Source: Bugula neritina
Lineage: Eukaryota; Animalia; Bryozoa
NCBI GenBank assembly: GCA_964035545.1
Contig: OZ037765.1
Location: 6,148,698 to 6,212,697, forward strand
DNA length: 64,000 nt
Direction of reading: 5' to 3'
Shown here: positions 25,301-39,262 of the stretch, one piece after another
Layout: each line of letters starts with the position of its first letter
Position numbering within the stretch: position 1 is the stretch's first letter
Notes under the pieces: model-generated
Databases searched by the model: none
The model's input: only the letters and a program-made list of their open reading frames with translations
What the model was told of the DNA's origin: nothing
Position numbers and translations under genes: made by a program

Positions 25301-28300
25301 GGATACTATACAACAATCTAAATATACCTCTACAAACAGTAGTAACACTTACTTATATGCCCTGAGAATAGTTTCGATGGTAACGTTTCCAAACACATTT
25401 AGTGGGAGTTTATTGTCCTCTAGAGCAGTGACGGCAGTGCCGGGGTCCTGAACTACTACGCAGACGTGTGTAGAGGTGAGAGAGCCAACGGAGAACAGCA
25501 GTGTTGTCACCAACATCAGTATTGAGTAGAATATAAATGTGAAACCTACAGCGCTGAAAACAAACAACTGACTTTATTTTAAGTTTAGTCCATATCATTG
25601 GGTTAGTTGCAAATAAATGACAATTTAACATACATTTGAAAAAACACTATCTGAAAAAACTTGGCCCAAGTAATAAAATAACTTTTTTTCAAACGCTACT
25701 AATTTATATTTCAGCATTAAAGTACAACTAAACCTCACACAGAAAGCGCACTGCATATTTCAGAACTTATATATCAGAATTGTCTTCTCTATTTATATAA
25801 AAGTTTCCACTGATAAAGTTGACTTACGCTAAAAAGAAGTTAGCACCAGTTCCTTTGTGGCAGCTTGAATCACCGGGCCGGGATCCACAGCCAAACATCA
25901 GTCCACAGAGATACAGAAGAACTATGATGGCCACAATACTCCCTAGGGCTAGACACCCATACCAACTACAAGTACACATACAACGCATAAATTATTGCTT
26001 ATTGAAACACTTCATAACTATAATATAGTATCTCGTAATACCAAAATATATAATATAACGGAAAGGTAATGAGATTTGTAGGCCCATATTTACTTTCATA
26101 GTGTGACATACAGGCATAGAGGCAAATCACTAGGGAGTGACCAGATATTTTATATATCAAAATGTCACTGATAAGGCAGGCAAGATAAACAAATAATGAC
26201 ATGCTGAAGTTGAAAGAATCATTAGGTAGTAGGAAAGGTCTATATTAACTCATACAGAAGCTTTTCTATAGAATACTATGAGTGTCATGATACAATTCAT
26301 AATAAACTGATAAAAACTCTAATTAATTCATAACTGAATAATTACACAGTAATATACAAGTAACCACCCTGAGTGGTAAACCTAGCAACATAATTCAGGA
26401 GATGGCCCACCCCAACTGTTCTAACAAACACACTAGTTCTATTTATTCTTCTATAATTGCAACTGTTAACATACTGCAACCTCTCAAAGCTTCCCTAAAG
26501 CAAGTGTTATATGGTCACACCACGTGAATCACACATAAAGATAATATAATAGCTTTCAGTTACTACAAGCTGCCTAGCGTACCCATATTCAGCGTACTGC
26601 TTCCCAGAGTCCAAAGCTAATGTAACCTGATCTCCGGCATCCGAGAGCAAAGCAGAAGCCTACAAATATAAAAAAAAACACATTAAAAATTGCAGTAGAA
26701 AGTGGCGAGTATAATTTTACTCGGCTAGTAAAACTATTCCATGAAGTTTTTCTGAAAAAAACCTGTTGATGAAGACAGCATTCTCACCGTATCCATTTCA
26801 TTCCTTTCAGGTAACGAAAGAAAACATTTATATATTTATATTTATGATATTGCATACATGTTACAACTTGATCATACCGTAATAACAGTAAAATAACATC
26901 CATCTCAGACTTGATGAAATATTTTTCAATTAAAACAAAAAAATTTGCATCTATTACATAAGTGGAAAGTAACGCTGACCTAAATCTGATGTACTTACAT
27001 CGCTCACACTTTGGCCTACGCTATGGACATCTGAAGAAATGGTTTGTATAGTACTATTTACTTCTAGCAGTATATCTACAAACATATTAAATTGTCAACA
27101 TATGATACCGTGTGGAAATGTTCCTAACCAACTACACAATAATCTACTCGAAATAAAACATAATTCTGATCTCTATTTCTGTAAAAATCTCTCATTCATC
27201 TATCAGGGAAGTAAAATATTTGTTGAATTAGTCATTTTTATTTTTTAATTCAATTTTCAACAAGAATCAGTTTTGCAGGTTCTAAGAATAATGATTTGTG
27301 TACTGCTAACTTATTTCCAGAGAGACTTCACATACAATGTTGCCCGTTGACTTTAAAATAAAATTTAAACAATTGAAAACGTTGACGGAATTTGATTTCT
27401 CATAGTTCAAAGTCCTACACTTGTTGAAAGATTCCTCATAATAAAATACTAACCAGTTTTAGACTGCCCTGATTTAGCATCTATCAAGTTGGCTATAGAG
27501 CTATTAACCTGTAACACAAACATGCATCTTTTTGTCTGAACAACAGGTCTAAGACTATAACAAATAAGCATTAGGTAAATAGTGACAAGTAAAAAACAAA
27601 AAGAGGTCTTACCTGTTTATACGCTTGCTGTAGGTTTGGGATTCTCTCCAACTCTGCTAATGTGGTGCGACCAAACGCAACACCCTATTGAATTATGAGA
27701 ATAATGTAAAGCATTCACTTACTTTTTATATATTATTTCTTTTATATACATAATTTACCACCTTCATTAGCAGACAGAAATTTTAAGGTAGTTCTGACAT
27801 ATGCAGTGCTATCACTACTGTAATAACTCCACAGAGCCATTCATCAACTACAGTTACTCGGGGATACACTAGGAATACACTAGAATTACCTAGGAATACA
27901 CTACATCTACCTAGGAGTACACTAGAATTACCTAGGAATACAGTAAAGTCACACAAGGTTATACCAACCTGCTGCACAGAAAACCCTTCCACGGCACCAA
28001 GTAGTTGCTGAACAAGAGCGATCAAGACATTGCCAGTGAAGGCAGACCCTATGGTATCATTAATGAGTACTTTTGCTTGAGTAAAGTTAGCAGCAGTATC
28101 AAGTCTTATAGTCTCAAAATCTTGAAGAGAATCTACCAGGTTCAGGAGTGTTGAATTGAAATCAGTGATAGCTAAAATTAAATTTTATAAGATTTTGAAA
28201 AACATTGCAAAGTTTATAAAATATGAACAGCATAAAAATTACATACAACTCACTGATACACTCATTCACTGACGATACATTACAGTCACTAATAATACAG

Positions 28301-29362
28301 TCACTGACATGCTTCATGCATTATATTTATTATAAAGCTTACCATTGGCCAGCTCAAAGACCGGTTCCTCCACATGAGTCATGTTAAGGAGGGTACTGGT
28401 GAGAACTTTGCTGGAGTCTGCAAATATAGCATGTGCTCTTGATAATAGAGATTTTCACAGCATGTTTAATCTGAGAGGATAGAAATGAAGCGTTGTAAGA
28501 CATACTAATTACAGAATACCAGAATACTTAACCTTTAAACTGAAAGCTTACAAAATAATAAGTAAAGTTATTAGTTATGTAAAAGGTAACCAAAATCTGG
28601 CGATTTCAAGTCTTTTGACTTCTTCAGGTACTGGCAGTTGTTAATAAAATTTCAGGATAACAAAATAAACTTTTAGAGATGCGAAAATAATATTTTTGAA
28701 AATGTGGAATACATATGCAGCACTATAATGTATAAAACTAAGATTGCAGTTACTTGTGTGAGCTCAGCCCTTTCATACCTGCCATTAGTAGTCAACATGA
28801 AACTTTTACTTGAACTGAACTAAGTGTTACTTTCAGTGCTGAAATATTGCAGCTGTGTGTGTAGTGCAGTTGTTGCCCAAAAAGATAAAACTTAAATACC
28901 TTATTAGGTTGACATAAAAGAAACTAAACTCAAAACTTAATCATAAGGAATCAAAAAAGGAAGTTTGAATTTGTAACGCAAAGTGAACAAGTCAATGCTT
29001 ATGCTGGTAAGCTTGGGTTAATGCGGAAGTGAAGAAATACAAAAGATAATTAAGTTACCGAAAATACTTCATTTTCAAAGCCTATATTAACATAAGACAA
29101 CATGAATTCATCAATTCAATCAGTTCCTGAATGTATTGAATTCAAACTCTAATTGCAGTTCAGTTCTTCCAGCTGTCATGTTTATAAAACAGCCACAATT
29201 TAGCCCAGCTTTGCCATCAGCTGCGAGTAAAGATTTGTGATTTAGTTCATGCCATTTATATGACAAGAAATAAATAATTGACTATACTAAAACACTCTGG
29301 CTTGGAGAGTACAGTACTGGCAATATCTAAAGAGTATATGAAATATATATTTCAATCACATG

Positions 29363-29455
<93 letters not shown>

Positions 29456-32400
29456 CTATTATATTTCAATCATGGTTGCATCAATTACAATGGTTGGAGG
29501 CAGTGCTCCAATAATATGTTATAGCAGCTGGAGTTGTCTTCTTAAATGTATTAGTACAACTGGTACTGTCCCCGGAATAACATACTGATTGACTTACCAT
29601 CTAAAAACACCTCTACTTTACTTTGAATACCATCAAGCAAGTCATCTGTTTTATTCACAATATCCTGAAATAATGAAAGAGTAAATAGAGTCACATGATC
29701 CGTTACTTCCTACTGTGTTAGTCATATATGAAATGACTGCGCAGTGAAATAGTATATCATTACAGCTTCATTTAGGTCTAATAACACAGTAACCTTCATT
29801 ATTTATGTGCAAATCACTCTTATTGTAGAGGCAGTAACAAACAAAGGCAAAACATGTTTTATATTTTGTAAGTATGGCTGATAGCAAGTCACACACAAGT
29901 AGTTAGAATGACTCAGTCTGCACTTCTGCTGGTAGCGGTTTGCGAGGCACTCAATCCTCTCTACTTCTACTATCTAATCTGTATGGAACTAATTGATAAC
30001 TGAAAACACAGATTGGGAATAGAATGCCAGCAAACCCTGTGATACCATGTGACTTCAGCAAATTTTATAACTTTACTGTTTATGGCCTATATATGAGATA
30101 TAAAAGGCAACATTTATATATAAGTAGAACTACAAGTATGGCTTTATTTTATTGCAACATATAATTTGTCAGAGTGACTATTACAACATCCACTGGGTAG
30201 CTTAACTATTGTGCTTCATCATGATACGTGTAACTACCTTAACTAGGTGACGTCTAAACTTATCTCGAGATGGTATTTGTTTTGAGGAAACATTCTTAGC
30301 AACACCCAAAGCTTCAACGAGTATTCCTAGTATTGATATAGATAACATGCAGGTTGCTCTGCATTAAGCTATAGAGTATAGAGTGGTGCCCTAAGGACAT
30401 GCAGTTTTCCTAGTAAGAGCATATATTTGTCTGAGGTCGTCGTTTCACTAATATCTAGACCGAGATCCTAGAAACACCCCAATAAATATAAAGGTTGTAG
30501 CCCGAATCTAGAGCCCACCAAGTCTTACAGCACCTATTATACACTTCTTTCAACTCCTGTTTCAATATTACTGTAGTGTATATACATTACATCATGAATT
30601 ATGTGCTATTAAGACTTAGTATTTAGAATTTAGATGGTGATTGTGATTTTCAAAATAGACACGACCAATTAGCAGACATAAAAACATAACAGACTAGTAT
30701 ACATAACATGCGCACACCATGCACATTGCTAAACTATCATAATATAATGGGTGTAGTACATTTTGTACTCAAACTACCGTATCAACTTTCATCTGTAAAG
30801 TACTGCCTAAGGAGTTCAAGTTGCCCTTCAGCTGATCTGCTATTATATCTTTATTTATGAGATCATAGAGTCTGGCACCACTGAAGAATATCATCACCAT
30901 GCCACCTCTACAAATTTAATATCAATATTCATATATCAATAAATTATTACCGCAAATATTCTACATTACACAATACATCTCTCCCTATGTCACTAATACA
31001 CAGGTCCTGAAACCTCAATTCATGACATAGTAGAATAAAAAATTTAATTCAGGGATCATTTAGATTCGGCCATATTGTCCCTATACACACATACATAAGC
31101 CACAAAATGAGGCCCAACCACTCTCCATGACCTCTGAAATTTCCGTGAGATATAGAGGGAGCAATGTATATTGATATACACTGTATGGTCAATTAAACAC
31201 TCTACATGCCACATAGATTTAAGAAATGATCTAACTCTGTAACATCATCATGCTATAACTGTAACACACCCAATATAAACTAATTTAATTACTGGACAGA
31301 AACAGACCCAGCATGCAGTGGGATAATTACATAGCTGCTATAAGTTGCAACATCTCAATATGTATTCATGTGTTTTTATGATTATGCAGATACACAGAGT
31401 ATTATGTGGATACAGTATGTATATCATTAAACAGTGTAAACACAACATAATTACAAACACAGCACAAAAACACAGTCCAGGTTCTGTTGTAAGCAGCAAT
31501 AGAACTCTGCTATCAGTTGAATAACAGCTAATGTCATGCTTCAGTTCAACAAGCTTATAACAAGCACAGAAGTAGATTTCTAGCCAGCTAGTTGAATTCA
31601 TGGTCACATGGATTTCCATATACTATAACTTTCCAAAACAGTTATGGTTTATAAAGGTTTAGTAAAGTTTAGTTTTGGTGTCATATTAACCTCTAAATTC
31701 CACAATTGAATGATTCATGTCATCTAAATTCACTTCCTCTATATTCCCTACTGTAACTTCCTCTATATTCTCTACTGTAACTTACTCTATATTCCCTACT
31801 GTAACTTACTCTATATTCTCTACTGTAACTTACTCTATGTTCCCTACTGTAACTTCCTCTATGTTCCCTACTGTAACTTACTCTATGTTCCCTACTGTAA
31901 CTTACTCTATGTTCCCTACTGTAACTTCCTCTATATTCTCTACTGTAACTTACTCTATATTCCCTACTGTAACTTACTCTATATTCTCTACTGTAACTTA
32001 CTCTATGTTCCCTACTGTAACTTACTCTATGTTCCCAACTGTAACTTACTCTATGTTCCCTACTCTACTTACTCTATATTCCCTACTCTACTTACTCTAT
32101 ATTCCCTACTGTACTTACTCTATATTCCCTACTGTAACTTACTCTATGTTCCCTACTGTAACTTACTCTATGTTCCCTACTGTAACTTACTCTATGTTCC
32201 CTACTGTAACTTACTCTATGTTCCCTACTGTAACTTACTCTATATTCCCTACTCTACTTACTCTATATTCCCTACTGTACTTACTCTATATTCCCTACTG
32301 TAACTTCCTCTATGTTCCCTACTGTAACTTACTCTATATTCCCTACTCTACTTACTCTATATTCCCTACTGTACTTACTCTATATTCCCTACTCTACTTA

Positions 32401-35400
32401 CTCTATGTTCCCTACTGTACTTACTCTATGTTACCTACTGTAACTTACTCTATATTCCCTACTCTACTTACTCTATATTCCCTACTGTAACTTACTCTAT
32501 ATTCCCTACTCTACTTACTCTATATTCCCTACTGTACTTACTCTATATTCTCTACTGTAACTTACTCTATGTTCCCTACTGTAACTTCCTCTATGTTCCC
32601 TACTGTAACTTACTCTATGTTACCTACTGTAACTTACTCTATATTCCCTACTCTACTTACTCTATGTTCCCTACTGTACTTACTCTATGTTCCCTACTGT
32701 AACTTACTCTATATTCCCTACTGTAACTTACTCTATGTTACCTACTGTAACTTACTCTATATTCCCTACTGTAACTTACTCTATGTTCCCTACTGTAACT
32801 TCCTCTATGTTCCCTACTGTAACTTACTCTATGTTACCTACTGTAACTTACTCTATATTCCCTACTCTACTTACTCTATGTTCCCTACTGTACTTACTCT
32901 ATGTTCCCTACTGTAACTTACTCTATGTTCCCTACTGTAACTTACTCTATGTTACCTACTGTAACTTACTCTATATTCCCTACTCTACTTACTCTATGTT
33001 CCCTACTGTACTTACTCTATGTTCCCTACTGTAACTTACTCTATGTTCCCTACTGTAACTTACTCTATGTTACCTACTGTAACTTACTCTATATTCCCTA
33101 CTGTAACTTACTCTATGTTCCCTACTGTAACTTCCTCTATGTTCCCTACTGTAACTTACTCTATGTTACCTACTGTAACTTACTCTATATTCCCTACTCT
33201 ACTTACTCTATATTCCCAACTGTAACTTACTCTATATTCCCTACTGTACTTACTCTATATTCTCTACTGTAACTTACTCTATGTTCCCTACTGTAACTTC
33301 CTCTATGTTCCCTACTGTAACTTACTCTATGTTACCTACTGTAACTTACTCTATATTCCCTACTCTACTTACTCTATGTTCCCTACTGTACTTACTCTAT
33401 GTTCCCTACTGTAACTTCCTCTATGTTCCCTACTGTAACTTACTCTATGTTACCTACTGTAACTTACTCTATATTCCCTACTCTACTTACTCTATGTTCC
33501 CTACTGTACTTACTCTATGTTCCCTACTGTAACTTACTCTATGTTCCCTACTGTAACTTACTCTATGTTCCCTACTGTAACTTACTCTATATTCTCTACT
33601 GTAACTTACTCTATGTTCCCTACTGTAACTTCCTCTATGTTCCCTACTGTAACTTACTCTATGTTACCTACTGTAACTTACTCTATATTCCCTACTGTAA
33701 CTTACTCTATGTTCCCTACTGTAACTTCCTCTATGTTCCCTACTGTAACTTACTCTATGTTACCTACTCTACTTACTCTATATTCCCAACTGTAACTTAC
33801 TCTATATTCCCAACTGTACTTACTCTATGTTCCCTACTGTAACTTACTCTATGTTCCCTACTGTAACTTCCTCTATGTTCCCTACTGTAACTTACTCTAT
33901 GTTACCTACTGTAACTTACTCTATATTCCCTACTCTACTTACTCTATATTCCCTACTGTACTTACTCTATGTTCCCTACTGTAACTTACTCTATGTTCCC
34001 TACTGTAACTTCCTCTATGTTCCCTACTGTAACTTACTCTATGTTACCTACTGTAACTTACTCTATATTCCCTACTGTAACTTACTCTATGTTACCTACT
34101 CTACTTACTCTATATTCCCAACTGTAACTTACTCTATATTCCCAACTGTACTTACTCTATATTCTCTACTCTACTTACTTTTGTTTCTCTATTCTAATTC
34201 CTCTACTCTATTTACTACTCTTGCCACTCAACAGATATGGCTGACAAAAGAAGGCTAAATAAAGAGACGGATGGAGATGTCTGATTAAACCAAATTGAAA
34301 ACAGTCATTGTCAGACTGCTATGATGATGACTTACTCCTAACTCCCTGCTCCAACTTACTCCTAACTCCCTGCGCCAACTTACTCCTAACTCCCTGCTCC
34401 AACTTACTCCTAACTCCCTGCTCCAACTTACTTTGATGAACATTATTTGTATGTAGGTGAAGTAGCATTGAATTCATGTTGGCTGAATTATCAAAGTCAG
34501 AAATACATACCAATATGTTTCGTATGAGGCTTTTTAGGAGCCGCAATGGAGAAATTGAGATAGCCTAAGGTTTTTAAATACCTGTGATAGGGCCTCTTTA
34601 TCAAACAAAAATTTCAAAACCCCAGGGCGACCTAACGATCTCTACTGATAACTTTATTTAATATCTTAATGGTTAGAAGGAAACAATATTATCATAAACT
34701 ATAACGTCACACACCTTGAATATGCATAAACTGGACTTATTTTTAATGAGTGACAAACCTTTTGGAAATGAGATGAATGTTAAACAGGCTCATTAAAAAG
34801 TAATTTTCTTTCTCATTTCTACGAATAGCTGTAAGGTAATGGAGTAACTATTGATAACTACTAAGATATTTTCTGTTGCACAGAACCAACACGCCCTAGA
34901 ATCCAGATTCAAGAAGCTAAACTACACAATATTAATTAGAATATCAGGGTTTGTGGTGAGCCATCTGGTAATTACAGAATAATAATTATTTATTTATAGT
35001 TACACAGCTTTAGTGCAGCAGATATCTGGGCAGGTCATGCCTTCATGATGTATTAAACAAAAGGGTAAGTTACAGCACAGTAAGTGTAGTGCAAGCCAGG
35101 TCAATGCATGTACTTTAAGCACAATAACTTATACATTCAGTGAAATCACATCTAAAATATGGCATCTGGTATAGTAAAATAGTCTACTATTTTACACTAG
35201 TGCTGATGGTAACAAATATTCATATTTAGTATATATTTACACAGTGTAAGTCATCTTTATACTTACACGGTGAATAGCGTGAAGATCATGAGCACCATAG
35301 CACAGCAAATTCTCTTGCATTTACCATTCTTTGGGTCAACCTCCTCGGTTTTACCGCCACACTTGTTACAAGATCGGCAGCAGCAGCAGACGCAGCCAAT

Positions 35401-36142
35401 CAGAGGCATCAGCACCACTAACAGTACGCCTACCACCACGCAGGTGGCAAAGCCAGCATACCCATTTAATATTGTCTACAAATCAAATACCAATGTTACA
35501 TATAAAATAGAGAACTGTAGAGAAATGGCATGATGTGAAAGGAGTAAGTGCTTGTAGCTAGGTGTGTATCTAGGTTGCCAAAGTAAATAATAATGAGGTT
35601 TTCTATATTCTAATGATAATTGCATTCTTAACTTCCATCACACACTATCATGTGATGAATGATGTAGTTACTTGCCACATGAAAGCATAGTTATTAGAGG
35701 GTGAAGAAATCTAGTTTTAGTTCAAAGTGGTTTATCAATACGAGTATGAGTCACTGTGGTAGTCAATACCAACCTGAGTGAGTGGCCATGGCTGTACAGG
35801 CCCTCCCAGTAAATCCTCAGACACTTTACCTAAAGTATATCAAAGTGATAGATAATAATTGGACACTCAAATGTTACAAGTTAAAAGGTAGTTGAAATTT
35901 TAAATAAATGTTAGGAATCAGAGCATGAAGTTGACTCTCAACTTACTGATTGTATCCAATCGGAGACGAGGAAACACAGTTTTTATAAATCCATTAGTCA
36001 TGGTGAAAAGAGGCGTCAACGCCTGCGCCACACTGCCGGTTTGTTCGGCAGCTGTTGGTTCTGGGCTTTGAGCGCAGACATAGAGTGAGCATATGCACAA
36101 TGCTAGCACCAGCTTGGCATGAAGTTTGTTTACAGAAGCCAT
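19380..36142 (-). CDS. PROM1: Prominin-family pentaspan membrane glycoprotein
   Basis: Phase-compatible exons 36142-35947, 35829-35774, 35475-35267, 30907-30778, 29664-29598, 28417-28343, 28171-27969, 27684-27613, 27508-27454, 27075-26999, 26659-26583, 25965-25828, 25553-25353, 25126-25039, 24897-24748, 24635-24543, 24265-24194, 23851-23798, 23461-23381, 22897-22829, 22694-22611, 22247-22123, 20450-20412, 19635-19380. Signal peptide, Cys-rich MPLIGCVCCCCRSCNKCGG after TM1, GTGANFFLAAVGF, VCDTGLDPFNGLWFSLGW, tail YDSEHIPL. The C-terminus is probably alternatively spliced; one-to-one orthology to PROM1 is not established. Confidence 0.9.
27869..27945. repeat. 21-bp tandem repeat x~3.6 (CTAGGAATACACTAGAATTAC)
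   Basis: Directly visible, intronic. Confidence 0.9.
29367..29452. repeat. (TA)43 microsatellite
   Basis: Directly visible. Confidence 0.98.
30969..31166 (+). mobile_element. MITE family T copy (pogo/Tigger-like, ~200 bp)
   Basis: Shares internal sequence (AAACCTCAATTCATGACAT...TGTCCCTATACACACATACATAAG.CACAAAATG) with 59376-59585 and 60438-60632; right end GTGAGATATAGAGGGAGCAATG|TA. Confidence 0.7.
31732..34179. repeat. Minisatellite of ~100 units of 23/24 bp (ACTTACTCTATGTTCCCTACTGTA) with a 118-bp higher-order repeat
   Basis: Directly visible; recurring 118-bp spacing of ORF starts (32569/32687, 32901/33019, 33281/33399/33517) equals 3x24 + 2x23. Confidence 0.97.
34330..34432. repeat. 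24-bp tandem repeat x4.3 (ACTTACTCCTAACTCCCTGCTCCA), related to the large minisatellite
   Basis: Directly visible; explains the RSKLEQGV repeat ORF. Confidence 0.93.
34537..34580 (+). mobile_element. MITE family H left-end fragment
   Basis: TTA|GGAGCCGCAATGGAGAAATTGAGATAGCCTAAG closely matches 52089-52124. Confidence 0.6.
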
Positions 36143-37899
36143 TGTCTTTTGAAGATGTTGAGTGAAGTTTCGTTGTTAACTAGATAAGGTTGATACCAGC
36201 TGAAGATAAGTAGTAGTCAAGTTTTTATAATGGTGTTGCTGTATAACTAAGGTAACCTCCGCAGCTACAGCTTATACTGTTCCGATATAAATTTCTGATC
36301 TAAAAATAGAGCATGAATGTAATAATATGAAGATACATACAAGATTAACAGTACCCAACTAGCCATTATGACCATGATTATCATAAATGATAACTTCCTA
36401 TACCTATGCATACTGAGTAATACAATGACGCAGAATACATGTGATTACGATGACATAGTTTAACGAGAAATCTAAAAATAGATTAAAGGTATAGCCCAAA
36501 CCCTTTCTCAACTAGTGTAGACCTACATTACCTTCAAGCAATTTTAGAGCTAAGCAACCTGATCGACTAATTTACAAGATATACAGCCATTTGCTTTTTA
36601 TAGACTGATCAAATTAAAGCATCTTTAAACCTACATGACACTACAAAATGTATTGTACATTTTAACAGTCACATCCAATGTGTTCAAAAGAAACTGACTA
36701 CTTAATACAGTTGCAAGTTCTAATTTATAATTCAACATACACAAAACAATAAAAGAAGTCTTACACAACAAGAATTAGTACTGACAAGTAATTAGTAATT
36801 CAATTACACACCTTCAATTATTTCTTGAAAAAGCAGTCAATTAACTATATTATTTTAATACACTCCTCTTAAAGATGATAGACGTCAACAATTTTTTTCA
36901 AATTAGATCATGAACTATTTGATTATTAATATACACTCTATATGTATAGGCCGTGGCTTACTTAGAAAACTAATAGTAATAGAAAATGACATTATATTGT
37001 TACTGTCATTAGCTTTTCTTAATTAGCAAATAATATGCCAATTAATTAATAATTGATCATATTTGCTTAAAACCAGCATCAAACTCGTTCTTATATTTGT
37101 ACACATGTATATAAATAAATATGTTTATTCTCTTTTGAAACAGATAACTTGAACTAATTATACCCAAAATTTATTAGACTGTTTGAGTAACTTATTTTAT
37201 GAATTGATCACCATGCAAGATATATACATACATAAATTACATACACAAATATATTTACTGATTATCAGTAATTATCAAAATTTACATACACATAATTACT
37301 TTTAAAGTAGTAATAATAATGTGAATATATTGTGATTGTGGATTTGTTGCTCATTTTTATAATTAATATATAGAATATAAACCACAGTATTACTATTACA
37401 TTATGGCAATAAATTACAAAGAAGCCTGTAAATACTAAGACAAAATAAAAGAACTAGTTAGGGCATGTTAGTCTATGTTAAGTCTAGGAATGGTTATATT
37501 ATTTTAAAAAATAAACCTATAATGATATAACTGTTATTAATAAATTAACCATGGTGATGCATATTATTATAATTATACCTGTAATTTTTAAACTACTATT
37601 ATGAAATTTACAATATATTATTTACAATACCAATTCAATGACTCCAGAATAATTAAAAGCCAATAAAATAATAAGAGTCACTAATAAAAAGTACAACTCA
37701 TTAACAACAATATGAATAACTATAACTAATGATTGGATTCTTTCTCTAACTCTATAACTATAAGTTTGGGCAAATTGCCAACTGTTTTATAGTCACAACA
37801 ATTGCGGATGTCCTTGTACTGTTGTAATAGTGATGTAAGTTGGATATAACCACTATCCCATGTCTATTTTATATCAATATGACTTGACCATAAGTATAT

Positions 37900-38500
37900 C
37901 AATATGAACTTGAAAGTCAAACTATGACTATTACTATAAGTATCAGTATGAGTTTCATTTAAGATATTCATATTCATAATTATAATAATAATATTGTGTT
38001 GGTGAGAACTAATACTTATACTAATAGTAGTACTTATACTAATAGTAGTACTAATAGTAATACTAATAGGTATAATTCAAATTACCATTATCATATTCAT
38101 TATGATTATTATTATATTAAGTTGATAGATAATAAATATTAATATCACAATGACAATTGCCTTCACCATGATTGTCATAAGTTTTATTTCATAACTCTAA
38201 GCCTAAGGTATAACTATAACAGAGTAAGTCACAGTGAAAAGATTAAAATTTAGAATAAGACCAAGATAAAATTCAAAATGAATGTAGTTGTACAACTTAA
38301 ACTTGAAGCTGAAGTGCATCATCATCATGATCAATATCTGAATATGAATATCATAATCATGAATGAAATGATGATGATATTCGTATTATTATTGATCAAT
38401 ATAAAGTTAAAGTTAAAAGTTAGCATTGTGATTGTGATCAATTTAGTACCAATAGTAATACTAATAGTTGAGTAATAGTAATACTAATAGAAATAGAATT
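37900..38500. repeat. 6-bp-periodic low-complexity region with (TAATAG/TAATAC)n tracts
   Basis: e.g. actaatagtagtacttatactaatagtagtactaatagtaatactaatag and aaagttaaagttaaaagtt; ORF 38278-38475 shows alternating-residue periodicity. Confidence 0.7.
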
Positions 38501-38669
38501 AATATCAACACATAGAAATATCACAATGTTCTAAAATTGAAATCGCAGCTAATATCATCAGTACTTACATTTCAACTTCTTAAAATGAATTATTATTAGC
38601 ATGGTAACTCCATGAATAATATATGCACTGATAACTTCAAGGCAAAGGGTTAAAGTTCAGTAAATAAAT

Positions 38670-38960
38670 CACTCTGCTTCATGGTCTGGTCAAAAATGGG
38701 CGGTCCTCAAGTGTTTCCTGAAGATTGCGTACTAGTTGGGGTTTTGCAATGTTACGCTACTTTTGGAGGAAAATTGTATGAATGTATATTGAAAGCTTGA
38801 AACTTATGTTTTGAAGATTCTAAGCTATAGTTACTATGCAATAAATCTAAATTTTATCGCAATATTGGATAAACAGGTCCGATATTTTGAACGACCACTA
38901 ATGAAAATACCTTCAAAGAAATAGTGGATGCACGGTAAAGCATGGACAACTCCGTGTGAA
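38670..38960 (-). promoter_or_regulatory. CpG-richer island, possible promoter/first non-coding exon of prominin
   Basis: Local GC/CpG rise upstream of the acceptor at 36300 that precedes the prominin ATG exon; role inferred. Confidence 0.3.
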
Positions 38961-39262
38961 AAATGTTGATATATATACCACCAAAATATTATAACTCCTG
39001 TATATCACAGACACACTGAAATACAAACTATTTATATTTCAATAGATATATTATGTGCATATATGACTTTGCTGTGAAAAACTTGATATGCAATCACTAC
39101 ATGGCTATCCTGCTTCAAATAGTTGAGAGTTGGTCAAGTGTTTAGAGTAGGAGATGCACTACATAGATCTTATGCACACATTGATAAAAATGTTATAAAG
39201 AATTCCCTAGTACCATAAAACATCTCACAAATTGAACTATGTTATACATTGTATGGTGAAAA

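Noticed and set aside
29278-29514. IYIY ORF
   Set aside because: Translation of the (TA)n tract.
31732-34179. CRISPR-like array
   Set aside because: Units are contiguous with no unique spacers, there are no cas genes, and the context is eukaryotic.
31717-34258. Ten ORFs of MFPTVTYS/YCNLLYVP repeats
   Set aside because: By-products of a 24/23-bp minisatellite, with frames broken at every 23-mer, antisense within a prominin intron.
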